Origin: Planctomycetota bacterium
Lineage (GTDB): Bacteria; Planctomycetota; GCA-002687715; CAIWVZ01
Direction of reading: 5' to 3'
Assembly (NCBI GenBank): GCA_044222185.1
Contig: JBGANV010000001.1
Span: forward strand, 1,728,001-1,792,000
DNA: 64,000 bases
Shown here: in pieces, positions 48,219 to 58,565 of the stretch
Numbering within the stretch: the stretch's first letter is position 1
Layout: the number at the start of each line of letters is the position of its first letter
Notes under the pieces: model-generated
Told to the model about the DNA's origin: nothing
Database searches by the model: none
What the model saw: only the letters and a program-made list of their open reading frames with translations
Made by a program: the position numbers and the translations under genes

Positions 48219-49439
48219 TCAAAGCGCCCGGCGCGGGGGGACGACGACGCTCGCGACGAGCAGCCCCGTGACGAGCGCGACGGCCGACAAAAGCATCGAG
48301 AACGCCGTGTTGAGGCCCACGACGGTCGACTCCTCCAGGAGGAACGCCACGCTCCGGAACCCCACGCTTCCCGGAACCAGGAGCATGATCCCCGGGACGA
48401 GCATGACCGAGGACGGCCGGTTCCAGATGCGGGAGTAGGCGTAGCCGACGACCCCCACGAGGAAGGCGCCGACGGCCACGCCGAGCGCCGGCCCGAGCAG
48501 GACCACCCCGAGCCTGGAACCGATGTAGGCCACGGCGCAGGAGACGAGCATCGACAGCGCATCCCGCGGTCGGGCGGAGAAAATCACCAGGAAAGCCAGG
48601 GCGGCGGGAACCAACGCGAACACCGGCAGCCAGGGTGACTGCACCCCCGCGGCAATCGGCAGGTTCGGCTCCCACAGCGCGTGGCCGAGCCGGTTTCCGA
48701 CGGCCGTACCGAACCCGATCGTCAGGAACAGGAGGATCGCGCCCATGAGGCGCGTCGTTCCCGCGACGAGCTGCCGGGTGGCGAGTTCCGTCATGGCGAC
48801 CGTCAGCGTGAAGCCGGGCACGAGACCGATGAGGCCCGCGGTCGTCGCCAACTGGTAGTTCAGCCCGGGGACGAAGTGCGCGGCGGACACGGTCAAGAAC
48901 GCCACCACCGTCGCGGCGAGCGGCTCGAACACCCGGTCGAGCTGCGCCCGCCGTTGCGTTGCGAGGGCGATCAGGCCGACGACGAACCCGGTCGCCGCCG
49001 CAGAGGCGAACTCCTCCCCTCCTCCACCCAGGAAGAGTGCACTCGCCGCGGACGCCAGCATGAAGGCGATGGCTCGAACGGGCGCGCTCCACCGGACCGG
49101 CGCCGCCATCACGCGCGCGATCGCCGCCGACCCATCCTGCGGCGTCACCGCCCCGTGGATGACGCTCTCGAAGATGTCGTCGAGGAGGATCAGGACTTCG
49201 AGATTGACGCGGCCTGGCTCGGTCCGCACCAACCAGACGTGCTGTGCGTCAGGCGGGCCGAAGCCGGCCGTGATCGACGTCGGAAGCGAGAAGAACTGCC
49301 CGCCGATGCCGAAGCGCGTGGCGCAGGCGTTCATCACGTCTTCGAGGCGGTGCGTCGGCACGCCGCTCGTGTGGAGGGCGCGCCCGAGATCCATGGTGAA
49401 CCGTGCCGCGGCGGCGGAATGGGTGTCGTCCTGCGGCAC
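48219..49439 (-). CDS. Threonine/serine exporter family protein (ThrE/ThrE_2)
   Basis: LHTSGVPTHRLE, LVPGFTLTVAMTEL, PGIMLLVPGS; about 10 TM helices. Confidence 0.88.
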   Translation of the reverse strand: MPQDDTHSAAAARFTMDLGRALHTSGVPTHRLEDVMNACATRFGIGGQFFSLPTSITAGFGPPDAQHVWLVRTEPGRVNLEVLILLDDIFESVIHGAVTPQDGSAAIARVMAAPVRWSAPVRAIAFMLASAASALFLGGGGEEFASAAATGFVVGLIALATQRRAQLDRVFEPLAATVVAFLTVSAAHFVPGLNYQLATTAGLIGLVPGFTLTVAMTELATRQLVAGTTRLMGAILLFLTIGFGTAVGNRLGHALWEPNLPIAAGVQSPWLPVFALVPAALAFLVIFSARPRDALSMLVSCAVAYIGSRLGVVLLGPALGVAVGAFLVGVVGYAYSRIWNRPSSVMLVPGIMLLVPGSVGFRSVAFLLEESTVVGLNTAFSMLLSAVALVTGLLVASVVVPPRRAL

Positions 49440-49461
49440 GGTCAACGGCCGATCGATCGGG

Positions 49462-50217
49462 TCAGAGGATGAGGACGGGGAGCGCCTGGGCGATGCGGCG
49501 CACCACACACGGCGCGCTGAGGTCGAGAACGACGTAGTCGATGATGAGCGCCGTCCCGACGATCTGTGGCAGGTTCGGTGTGACGACCGTCGGGGACTGG
49601 GTCGCGCCGACACCGTTCAGGTTGCCGCTGAAGTTCAGGAAGATCGGGTTCGGGCTCGTCGACAGGGTGAAGACCGCATCGAGCTGCAGCGGGATCAAGC
49701 CCCCGCACGTGACGATCCCTCCGGCAAGCGGAGGGAATGACGCGGCCGCAACGTAAGGCCGGTTGGCGTCCGCGGGCGATTCGAAATCGAGCTGCCGCGT
49801 CGTGCCGATGCGGATCGGTCCCAAGGGCGCGATCGTCGCCCCGACGCCGTTGGTGATCGTCACGCTGACGGTGGTCAGACCACCGCCCGGCACGAGAACG
49901 TCCACCAGGTAGATCCCCGCCGGGACCTGTTGGTTCGCGTCATTCACCTGGTTCCAGTACGTCGTGAACACCGTCCCCGGGTTCACCGGGACGACGATGG
50001 CGATGCAGAACGGCGTGTAAACCGGCGTTCCCCCCTGCGTCCGCACGGTGAACGGGCAGACCCCCGTGAAGATCGTCGCCGCCGTATCGTTGGCGATGGT
50101 CACGGCGATGGGGTTTCCGACGGGCGCCTGTTGAGGAGCGACGGTCGCGGACACCTGTGCCGTCGCGGCGGCTGCCAACAGCGCGAAAAGGATCGCTGCG
50201 TTTCGGATGCGAGACAT
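49462..50217 (-). CDS. Secreted protein with a FlgD/BsuPI-like Ig domain plus C-terminal domain
   Basis: GGAGG RBS; signal peptide ending TA-Q; WNQVNDANQQVPAGIY Ig motif. Confidence 0.7.
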   Translation of the reverse strand: MSRIRNAAILFALLAAAATAQVSATVAPQQAPVGNPIAVTIANDTAATIFTGVCPFTVRTQGGTPVYTPFCIAIVVPVNPGTVFTTYWNQVNDANQQVPAGIYLVDVLVPGGGLTTVSVTITNGVGATIAPLGPIRIGTTRQLDFESPADANRPYVAAASFPPLAGGIVTCGGLIPLQLDAVFTLSTSPNPIFLNFSGNLNGVGATQSPTVVTPNLPQIVGTALIIDYVVLDLSAPCVVRRIAQALPVLIL

Positions 50218-50291
50218 GACCAGACCTCCGTGCAAGTGGAACGGCGCGGACCCCGCGCGGCGTGCAGGTCGCGCCGCCGGGCACCGAGCCG

Positions 50292-50795
50292 TCATTTCCT
50301 GACCCGAGTGAAACGGAACTCCTGTTTGACGTGCTTCCCGCCTTCGTCGCCCTCGAGGGTCGCGACGAGGCCACCGTCAGGCGTCAGTGCGTAACGGATG
50401 ACCTTCGGGTGATCGTGCGTCGGGTTCTCGAATTGTGCGGAGCGGGCGTCCGAGGCCGTCTGCCTGAATTCGGTGACGGGGCCGCCGTTCGGGCTCGCGA
50501 CGTAGACGATGCCGTCCTTCCGCTGCTCGAGGCGCAGGAACTCGAACGACATCGTGCGGTCCTTCAGGACGGTTCGACCGAGCCCCAGCATCGTGCGACC
50601 CTTGGCCGAGATCCAGTGCTCTTCCAGTTCGGCACCGCGAAAGGTCCCTTCCCAGTCACCGACCATCCAGGAGAGATCCGCCAGTCCCGATGGCCGGGTG
50701 GCCGCGTCCTGAGGCAGAACCCGCATCCAAGGGATCACCGCAACGGCGCACGCGGCGACGGCGAGCCCGCCGCGGGACATCAAGCGTCGATTCAT
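50292..50795 (-). CDS. DUF6265-like exported protein
   Basis: LSWMVGDW, EEHW, FEFLRL, FENPTHDHPKVIRY. Confidence 0.75.
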   Translation of the reverse strand: MNRRLMSRGGLAVAACAVAVIPWMRVLPQDAATRPSGLADLSWMVGDWEGTFRGAELEEHWISAKGRTMLGLGRTVLKDRTMSFEFLRLEQRKDGIVYVASPNGGPVTEFRQTASDARSAQFENPTHDHPKVIRYALTPDGGLVATLEGDEGGKHVKQEFRFTRVRK

Positions 50796-50903
50796 CCTGA
50801 GCCTCCGAGGCGTGAACGGTAGCGATCACGCGCCGCGGAAAGTAGAGCAAGCGCCGCGCTGCGCCGTGATAGAAACCTGCCGGCGCTGCGGTGCCGTCAC
50901 ACC

Positions 50904-51845
50904 ATGAACACGCTCGAACCCGCCCTGCGTGCCGCTGAGAGGATTCGTCCTCACATCCGACGCACGCCTCTCCTCGATGCGTCGATCGCCCGCGTCCCGG
51001 GGAACCCGAGCGGGCCGCTCCACCTGAAGCTCGAAAACCTGCAAGTCACCGGGTCGTTCAAGGCACGTGGGGCGGTCAACCGCGTGTTGTCGCTGGATCG
51101 CGACCAACGCGCCCGAGGGATCATCACGGCGTCCGGCGGGAATCACGGACTCGGCGTCGCCTACGCCGGCTGGATCACGAAGTGCGCCGCGACCGTGGTC
51201 CTTCCCGAGAACGCGCCGCGCGCGAAGCAGGAGAAGCTCGAGTCGTGGGGCGCGCGAGTCATCCGCGCAGGCGCCGTCTGGGACGATGCCAACGTCGTCG
51301 CGCTCCAGATGGCTTCGGCGAGTGACCTGGCCTACGTTCATCCGTTCGCGGACGAAGACATCATCTCGGGGCAGGCGACGATCGCGCTCGAGATCCTCGG
51401 TGACCGTCCCGACGTGGACGTCGTGATCGCAGCCATCGGCGGCGGCGGGCTCATCGGTGGCGTCAGCCTGGGAGCGAAGCTCTCACGCCCCGGCATCCGT
51501 GTGATCGGAGTGGAACCCACCGGAGCCCCAACGCTCTACGAGAGCCGCAAGGCCGGCCAGGTCGTCTCCCTCACGGAGATCCGCACGGCGGCCAACACGC
51601 TCGCGCCGCGTCGCAGCCATGAGCGCAATTTCGCCATGATCGAGAGGTACGTCGACGACATCGTCCTCGTCACGGACGACGAGATGAGGTCCGCCGCGAA
51701 GTGGCTTTGGTTCGAGTTCGGAGTTGCTTCGGAGCTGAGCGGCGCCGCGGCCGTGGCTGCCCTGATGACCGGACGCATTCGCGTCGCCCCCGGCGCAGTC
51801 GTGTGCGCCATCGTCTGCGGCGCCGGCACCGACGGCATCGTCTGA
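50904..51845 (+). CDS. PLP-dependent threonine/serine dehydratase
   Basis: KLENLQVTGSFKARGA, ASGGNHG, IGGGGLIGG. Confidence 0.9.
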   Translation: MNTLEPALRAAERIRPHIRRTPLLDASIARVPGNPSGPLHLKLENLQVTGSFKARGAVNRVLSLDRDQRARGIITASGGNHGLGVAYAGWITKCAATVVLPENAPRAKQEKLESWGARVIRAGAVWDDANVVALQMASASDLAYVHPFADEDIISGQATIALEILGDRPDVDVVIAAIGGGGLIGGVSLGAKLSRPGIRVIGVEPTGAPTLYESRKAGQVVSLTEIRTAANTLAPRRSHERNFAMIERYVDDIVLVTDDEMRSAAKWLWFEFGVASELSGAAAVAALMTGRIRVAPGAVVCAIVCGAGTDGIV

Positions 51846-52029
51846 GTGCGGCAGCACTGGCATGCCGGGCTCGCGCCGCCGTCGCCTCGACGAGCGCCGG
51901 CCGAGGCGATGAAAGCCACCACCTTCGCCGGGTTTTGGTGTGCCGCGCAGACGCAGCCTATACTGCCATCGCCGGGCCCCTCTGCCGTCGCGAGAACCTC
52001 ACTCGTCGAGCCCCATTCACATCATCACC

Positions 52030-53919
52030 ATGCACATCAAATCCCGAATCGCGATCGCGTCGCTGGCCTCGTTCCTCGTCGCCGCGACCGTTCGCGCACA
52101 GTCACTTCCAACCGGGTTCAGCGATGAGCTCATCGCTGGAGGATTCACCCTTCCCATCGGGCTCGGGTTCCTCCCGGACGGGAGGATGATCGTCTGCGAA
52201 CAACAGTCCCACGTCATCAAGGTCGTCGCCAACGGCGTGACTGCCACGATGGGCACCGTCCCCGGGGTCGACAACGGAGTGATCGAGAACGAGCGCGGAC
52301 TGCAGCACATCGCCGTGGACCCGCAATGGCCGGCGCGTCCGTACATCTACGTGTTCTTCACGCACGACTCCCCGCACAACTGCTGGCTGTCGATGTACAC
52401 CGTGACCGGAACCCTCACGAGTCCGACGAGCACCAACCTGACGCTCGGCACGAAGTACGACATCATCACCGACATCCCCGACAACTCCGAGAACCACAAC
52501 GGCTCGTCGCTCCGCTTCGGGCCGGATGGATTCCTCTACGTCAGCGTCGGTGAGGACTATCAGTTCTGCCCAGCGCAGGACGTGTCGAGCGGCCTGGGTT
52601 GCATCATGCGTCTGGACGTGTCGTCGCTCCCCGGCGCAGGCTCGGGCCCGCCGCCGAAGACCCAGATCGCCGCCGCCGGCAACCCCATCGCAACGGGAAC
52701 CGGGTTCGAGCGACTCGTTTGGGCCTACGGCCTCCGCAACCCGTGGCGCTTCCACATCGATTCCCTGTCGGGTCAGCTCTTCATCGGCGACGTCGGTGAA
52801 TCGACCTGGGAAGAGCTCGATTGGTGCTTCGCGGGCGGTCAGAACTTCGGATGGCCGTGGAAGGAAGCCAACTCGAATCACGGAAGCTGCGCGGGGAATC
52901 AACCTCCGCTCGTCTCCCCGGTCGTGGCGCACAACCACAACACGAGCTGGTTCTCCATCGAGTCAATGGTGACGTACCGCAACCGCCCCAACGGCATCTA
53001 CAACTTCGGGGCGAGCTACGACGGCGACTGGTTCTACACGGATTACATCTCGGGCGCCGTTCGCCGCCTCCAATTCAACGGCCTTTCCTGGAGCGCGGCC
53101 CCGTCCGTGCCCGGCCAGCCCGATGCCTCGAACTGGGCGACGGGACTGTCGTTCGTGTCGGACTCGACCATCGGGCCCGACGGCGCGATCTACTACTTGA
53201 AGCATCTCGCGGGTCAGATCCGTCGCATCAAGTCCACCGCCAACGCGCCCACGTTCACCGTCCAGAGCGGCGCCGGCCAGCCGGTCAACGCGGGACAGTC
53301 GGCGCTCTCACCGCTGACCGTCCGGGTTGCGACGCCGGGCGGGGTCCCCTTCGCGAACACGACCGTGACGTTCGCCGTGACGACGGGTGGCGGATCGGTG
53401 TCGCCCACGACGGTCGTCACGGATTCGAACGGCATCGCGTCGACGACGTTCACGGCCTCCGCGACGACGGTCACGAACCCGATCGTGACGGCGTCCACGC
53501 CGGGTGCCACGTCGGTGACGATCCCCCTCGTCTGGCGCGGATTGAGCGTGGCCTACATCCCAGCCCTCTCGCAGATCACGATGACGGTCCGCCACAGTCA
53601 GACGAACTCGCCAGTGACGCTGGCAGCCGACATCCCGCCGCCGACGCCCTACCTCGTCACTCCCTACGGAAGCGTGTGGACCTCGATCCTCTCGGTGCCG
53701 TCCACCGCGACCGTTCTCGACGGGCTCGGGCTCGTCGGACCACCCATGCCTGGGTTCGTCACCGGTCCGGTGAACCCCACCTACACGATCACGTTCCAGA
53801 ATCTCCCAGCCCTCGGAGGCGTTCCCGTGCTCCTGCAGGCTTACGCGCTCGACACGGCGATACTCGCGCAACCGCAGGCGATCATGATCAGCCAGCCCGT
53901 CACCGTCACGCTCAACTGA
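52030..53919 (+). CDS. Secreted PQQ-dependent sugar dehydrogenase (GSDH) with Big_1 domain and C-terminal domain
   Basis: ERGLQHIAVDP, HNGSSLRFGPDG, YGLRNPWR, GDVGE, NFGWP; TDSNGIA Ig motif; signal peptide ending RA-Q. Confidence 0.88.
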   Translation: MHIKSRIAIASLASFLVAATVRAQSLPTGFSDELIAGGFTLPIGLGFLPDGRMIVCEQQSHVIKVVANGVTATMGTVPGVDNGVIENERGLQHIAVDPQWPARPYIYVFFTHDSPHNCWLSMYTVTGTLTSPTSTNLTLGTKYDIITDIPDNSENHNGSSLRFGPDGFLYVSVGEDYQFCPAQDVSSGLGCIMRLDVSSLPGAGSGPPPKTQIAAAGNPIATGTGFERLVWAYGLRNPWRFHIDSLSGQLFIGDVGESTWEELDWCFAGGQNFGWPWKEANSNHGSCAGNQPPLVSPVVAHNHNTSWFSIESMVTYRNRPNGIYNFGASYDGDWFYTDYISGAVRRLQFNGLSWSAAPSVPGQPDASNWATGLSFVSDSTIGPDGAIYYLKHLAGQIRRIKSTANAPTFTVQSGAGQPVNAGQSALSPLTVRVATPGGVPFANTTVTFAVTTGGGSVSPTTVVTDSNGIASTTFTASATTVTNPIVTASTPGATSVTIPLVWRGLSVAYIPALSQITMTVRHSQTNSPVTLAADIPPPTPYLVTPYGSVWTSILSVPSTATVLDGLGLVGPPMPGFVTGPVNPTYTITFQNLPALGGVPVLLQAYALDTAILAQPQAIMISQPVTVTLN

Positions 53920-53921
53920 CC

Positions 53922-55106
53922 GTGCATCTGCTCGTCGACGGCGCGACCTGGGCGAACTGCCGGGGATTCGGACGGTTCACGCGCGAGTTGATCGCGGCGC
54001 TTCGGAAGGAGGCGCCGGCGACCGACCGCATCTCGCTCCTCGTCGACCCGGCGACCCGCACGCGCGGTGGATTCCCGGACGGGGTCGACGTGATCGAAGT
54101 CGGTGTGCAGGTGGCGCCATCGGAGGCCGCGTCGGCGGAAGGCGCGCGGAGCCTCCGCGACCTTCTGGCATTCCGCCGCGCCGCTGCCGGGGTTCGTGCG
54201 GACGTCCTCTACTTCCCCGCGGTGTACTCCTACTTCCCCGTCGCGGGACGCGTACCGGTCGCCGTGACGTTCCATGACGCCATCGCGGAGTCGCTCCCGA
54301 AGGCCATCTTCCCGACCTGGCGCGGACGCCTCTTCTGGAGGCTCAAGTGCTCGGCCGCGGCGCGCCGCTCCGATCTGATCGTCACCGTCTCGGAGGCGTC
54401 CCGCGCGGCGATCGCGAAGTACTACCCGGTCGCGCGAAAGCCGACGGTGGTCATTCCCGAGGGCTACGACGCGCGGGTGTTCCACGCCCGCCGCTCGACG
54501 GAAGAGGCCGCTGCCGAGCGCGCACGACTGGGGATCGGCCCGCAGACGCACGTGCTCCTCACGGTGGGCGGGCTGAGTCCACACAAGAACCTGGATCGAC
54601 TCGTCGCCGCCGTGGGCGAACTGGGTGATCGCAGGAAGGACCTGGACATCCACGTCGTGATGTGCGGCGCCGACCGCGAAGACGTGTTCTTCTCCGCGCG
54701 CGAGAAGCTCGTGAACCAGGTGAACGCCCAGGGACTGGCGAAACGCGTCACGTTCACGGGATTCGTGAGCGACGAGCGCCTCGGGGCGCTCTACCGGCTT
54801 GCGGACGCGCTCGTCTTTCCGTCGCTCCTCGAGGGTTTCGGGTTGCCGGCATTGGAGGCCATGGCCAGCGCCACGCCGGTGATCACGTCGGGTCGTGGAT
54901 CGCTCCAGGAAATCCTCGGCGACGCGGGCGCTTATTTCGACGCCGAGTCGTCCGCCGACCTCGCACGTGTCATCGAGGTGACGCTGAGCGACGCCGCCGC
55001 CCGGCGTCGCGCCGCCGACGTGGGGCTCGACCGGTCGCGGCGGTTCGGTTGGGACAAGGCCGCGCGCCTGCTGCTTCAGGAGTTCGGGAAGCTGTCCGGT
55101 CGATAG
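53922..55106 (+). CDS. Glycosyltransferase family 4
   Basis: [29 protein letters not shown]. Confidence 0.92.
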   Translation: MHLLVDGATWANCRGFGRFTRELIAALRKEAPATDRISLLVDPATRTRGGFPDGVDVIEVGVQVAPSEAASAEGARSLRDLLAFRRAAAGVRADVLYFPAVYSYFPVAGRVPVAVTFHDAIAESLPKAIFPTWRGRLFWRLKCSAAARRSDLIVTVSEASRAAIAKYYPVARKPTVVIPEGYDARVFHARRSTEEAAAERARLGIGPQTHVLLTVGGLSPHKNLDRLVAAVGELGDRRKDLDIHVVMCGADREDVFFSAREKLVNQVNAQGLAKRVTFTGFVSDERLGALYRLADALVFPSLLEGFGLPALEAMASATPVITSGRGSLQEILGDAGAYFDAESSADLARVIEVTLSDAAARRRAADVGLDRSRRFGWDKAARLLLQEFGKLSGR

Positions 55107-55273
55107 AACCGTCGGCGTGGAGGATCTCGACCCGCGCGCGGAGACTCCGTTCCGTCGGCGGCGCCGCTCGCGACGTCGTTCGCACCGGAGCGCATGCGCT
55201 CCCAGGACCGTTGCCCGCACCGGGCCTTGGGGCTAATCTCCGCATCGAAACTCGGTCTCACCTGCCCGAAAAC

Positions 55274-56350
55274 ATGTCGACCATCACGAACAGGATCTCC
55301 CGGCACATCCGGCTTTCCCGCGATGCCGCCAGTCGCAGCGCGCGGTTCACGCCGCCGTTCCTGATCGTGTTCATCAACTCGATCTGCAATCTGACCTGTG
55401 AGCACTGCTTTTACTGGACGAGCCTGAACAAGAAGGACGACCTGACCTTCGACGAGTTCGACAAGCTGACGTCCGAGCTGGGGCCGATCGAGAACCTGAA
55501 CCTCTCCGGCGGCGAACCGTTCCTGCGCCCCGAGTTCGCCGAGATCTGTGAGATGTTCGTCCGCAAGAACGGCGCCAAGCAGATCTACGTCCCGACGAAC
55601 GGGTACTTCACCGATCGGACGGAGACGGCACTTCGCAAGGTGCTCGCGGAGAAGTCGCTGCAGCTCTTCGTGTGCGAACTCTCGCTCGATGGAATGCCGG
55701 AGTACCACGACCGATTCCGCGGCAACCCCAAGTCGTTCGCGAAGGCGATGGAGACGTACGACATGCTCGCGCGCCTCCAGGCGGAGGATCCGAGGCTGCG
55801 GATCCACTCCATCAGCACCGCGACGCACGAGAACATGGAGGAGCTGCGAGCCCTGACGACGCACCTCCACGAACGGTGCCCGAAGATGGACCACCACAAC
55901 CTGGCCATCATCCGCGGCGACCGGAAGAACAAATCGCTGCAGGGCCCCCAGCTCGCGGCCTACGACGAGTTGTACAAGCACCTGCGTTCGATCTGGAGCG
56001 ATCGCGAGATGGGCCGGTTCGGCGCCATCGTCGACCCCATGCTCACCTGGGCGAAACGCAAGACGATCGACCGTCAGGAGCAGGTCATCCCGTGCAAGGC
56101 GGGACGGCTTTCGGGCGTCGTCTATGCCAACGGCGACGTCTCTTTCTGCGAAACCCACGAGCCCATCGGCAACCTCCGCAAGAACTCGTTCTTCGAAATC
56201 TGGGATTCACCGAAGGCCGAACAGCTCCGCGCGGACATCGCCGCGAAGAAGTGCTTCTGCACGAACGAAGTCTTCATGTGGTCGAGCATCGCGTTCCAGC
56301 CGGTTCACCTCATGCGCGCCATGATCGGCGCGCGCGTGTGGAGCGTCTGA
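55274..56350 (+). CDS. Radical SAM protein with SPASM/twitch domain
   Basis: [20 protein letters not shown]...GDVSFCE...IGNL...CFC; TTGCCC-N17-TAATCT upstream. Confidence 0.9.
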   Translation: MSTITNRISRHIRLSRDAASRSARFTPPFLIVFINSICNLTCEHCFYWTSLNKKDDLTFDEFDKLTSELGPIENLNLSGGEPFLRPEFAEICEMFVRKNGAKQIYVPTNGYFTDRTETALRKVLAEKSLQLFVCELSLDGMPEYHDRFRGNPKSFAKAMETYDMLARLQAEDPRLRIHSISTATHENMEELRALTTHLHERCPKMDHHNLAIIRGDRKNKSLQGPQLAAYDELYKHLRSIWSDREMGRFGAIVDPMLTWAKRKTIDRQEQVIPCKAGRLSGVVYANGDVSFCETHEPIGNLRKNSFFEIWDSPKAEQLRADIAAKKCFCTNEVFMWSSIAFQPVHLMRAMIGARVWSV

Positions 56351-57141
56351 TGAGCGCCGCCGGACCGCAGTCGAACGCGGCGACGACCCTCGACGTCGTC
56401 ATCCCGGTGCTGAACGAGGCGCACGTCCTCGAGAAGAGCGTGAGGACCGTCCGCGACTACCTCCGCGCGAACATGCCCTATCGGTGGCGGATCGTGGTCG
56501 CCAACAACGGCTCCACGGACGGCACCGACAAGGTCGCGGAGAAACTCGTGGCCGCGTTCCCCGGCGAAGTCGCGCACATGCTCTTCAATCAGCGGGGGCG
56601 CGGCCGTGCCCTGCGGATCGCCTGGACCGAGAGCCGTGCGGACATCTGCTGCTACACGGACGTCGATCTGTCGACCGACCTCGTCCACCTGCGGCCGCTC
56701 ATCGACGCGATCGCCGTGGACGGCTTCGACCTGTCGACGGGCTCGCGTCTCATGCGCGAGTCGAACATCGAACGCGGCTTCAAGCGAGACGTCATCTCGC
56801 GCCTCTACAACATCTTCGTGAAGCTCGTCCTCAGAACGAACTTCAGTGACGCGCAGTGCGGCTTCAAGGCCGTCAGCCGGCGCGTCATCGACCAGGTCGT
56901 GCCGCTCGTGAAGGATCAGGGCTGGTTCTTCGACACGGAGCTCCTCACACTCTCTGAGAAGCTCGGATTCCGCATCAAGGACGTCCCCGTGCGCTGGATC
57001 GACGACGACGACAGCCGCGTCAAGATCGTCTCGACCGCATGGGAGGACATCAAAGGCGTCTTCCGCGTCCGGCGCGCGCTCGCGTCGATCCTTCGCGACG
57101 CCGGCAACGCGCGCCCAAAGGTCGAACAGCGAACCACATGA
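56350..57141 (+). CDS. GT2 polyprenol/dolichol-phosphate glycosyltransferase
   Basis: VIPVLNE, NGSTDGT, YTDVDLS, SDAQCGFKA, WFFDTE. Confidence 0.9.
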   Translation: MSAAGPQSNAATTLDVVIPVLNEAHVLEKSVRTVRDYLRANMPYRWRIVVANNGSTDGTDKVAEKLVAAFPGEVAHMLFNQRGRGRALRIAWTESRADICCYTDVDLSTDLVHLRPLIDAIAVDGFDLSTGSRLMRESNIERGFKRDVISRLYNIFVKLVLRTNFSDAQCGFKAVSRRVIDQVVPLVKDQGWFFDTELLTLSEKLGFRIKDVPVRWIDDDDSRVKIVSTAWEDIKGVFRVRRALASILRDAGNARPKVEQRTT

Positions 57142-58502
57142 AGGTCCTCCTCGTCAACCCGTTCCAGGTCCGGCTCGTAGGCCGCAAGGGACGCATCTAC
57201 AACCGCACGTGGACGCCGCTGGATCTGGCGAACACCGCCTCGATGCTGCGGGCACGTGGCATCGAGGTCGCCATCCTCGACGCGAACGCCGAGCAGATCG
57301 GCGCCGCCGACGTCGCGGCGCGATCGAAGGGGTTCGACCAGGCCTTCGTGACGTCGACGAGCCTGGATCGGTGGCAGTGCCCCTACCTGGACATCGACCC
57401 GTTCATCGAGGTCGTCCATGCGATCCGCGCCGTCGTACCCGACGTCTACATCATGGGGAGCCATGGCACCGTCAAGCCGGCGGAAATGCTCGAGGTGACG
57501 GGCGCGCGCGCCGTGATCCGCGGCGAGCCCGAACGCACCGTCTGTGAGCTCGCGGCGAAGAAGCCTCTCGACGAAGTCATGGGCATCACGTTCAAGCGTG
57601 GCGGCGAAGTCGTGAGCAATCCGGATGCGCCCCTCGTCAAGCTGGACGAGATTCCCATCCCCGCCTTCGACCTGCTCCCGATGCACCTCTACAGCTACGA
57701 GGTCATGGGCGATCACTTCACGCTCTTCGAGATGTCGCGAGGATGCGCGTCGGACTGCACGTTCTGCCTCTTGAAGACCTACGGTGACGGCGTCCGCAAG
57801 AAGTCGACGGCGCGCCTGTGCTCGGAGATCGAGACGGCCGTGACGAAGTTCGGGGTGAAGTGCGCGTACTTCATCGACCTGGAATTCACCGTCTTGAAGA
57901 AGCAGGTCTACGAGCTCTGCGACTGGCTGATCGAACGCAAGCTCGACTTCCAGTGGTGCTGCCAGACGCGCTTCGACCTCGTCGACGACGACATGCTCGC
58001 GAAGATGAAGCAGGCCGGATGCACGCTCATCCACTTCGGCGTCGAGGCCGGGAGCGACGAGATGCTCGCCCGCGTGGACAAGGGCATCACGATGGCCCAG
58101 ATCCGCGAAGGCATGAAGCGCGTGAAGAAGTCCGGCATCCGGAGCGCGTGCTTCTTCATGATCGGGTTCCCCGAGTCCACCGAAAAAGACATGCGTGAGA
58201 TCCAGGAGTTCGCCCGCGAGCTCGCGCCCGACTACCCGCTGTTCCACATCACGGCCCCGTACCCGGGGACGAAGCTCTACGACCAGGTGCGAAACGACCC
58301 GAAAGTCCGGTTCAGCGACAAGTCGCTCTTCCCCGAGGCCGTGGAGGCCAATTTCACGCTGTCGGATCTCAAGCGCATCACGCGATCGGCCTACCTGAAG
58401 TACTACACGCGGCCTTCCTACATCCTCGGACGCGTCGCCAAGGGTGATTGGCGGAATCTGGCGCACCAGGCCCGTCTCTTCTGGAACTTCGTCCGGGCCT
58501 GA
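57138..58502 (+). CDS. Cobalamin-binding radical SAM enzyme (class B methyltransferase-like)
   Basis: N-terminal B12-binding domain (PLDLA, GSHGT, IRGEPE); SRGCASDCTFC; GVEAG; PYPGTKLY. Confidence 0.9.
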   Translation: MKVLLVNPFQVRLVGRKGRIYNRTWTPLDLANTASMLRARGIEVAILDANAEQIGAADVAARSKGFDQAFVTSTSLDRWQCPYLDIDPFIEVVHAIRAVVPDVYIMGSHGTVKPAEMLEVTGARAVIRGEPERTVCELAAKKPLDEVMGITFKRGGEVVSNPDAPLVKLDEIPIPAFDLLPMHLYSYEVMGDHFTLFEMSRGCASDCTFCLLKTYGDGVRKKSTARLCSEIETAVTKFGVKCAYFIDLEFTVLKKQVYELCDWLIERKLDFQWCCQTRFDLVDDDMLAKMKQAGCTLIHFGVEAGSDEMLARVDKGITMAQIREGMKRVKKSGIRSACFFMIGFPESTEKDMREIQEFARELAPDYPLFHITAPYPGTKLYDQVRNDPKVRFSDKSLFPEAVEANFTLSDLKRITRSAYLKYYTRPSYILGRVAKGDWRNLAHQARLFWNFVRA

Positions 58503-58565
58503 CCCAGGATCGCGCCACCCCGCCTCGTCTCGCACGCGATCCATCGCCGATACAATCCTCGTCCC

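Noticed and set aside
55274-58502. Assigning the radical SAM pair as hopanoid genes hpnH/hpnJ
   Set aside because: Only generic rSAM motifs are visible, and no squalene-hopene cyclase or other hpn genes are in the window.
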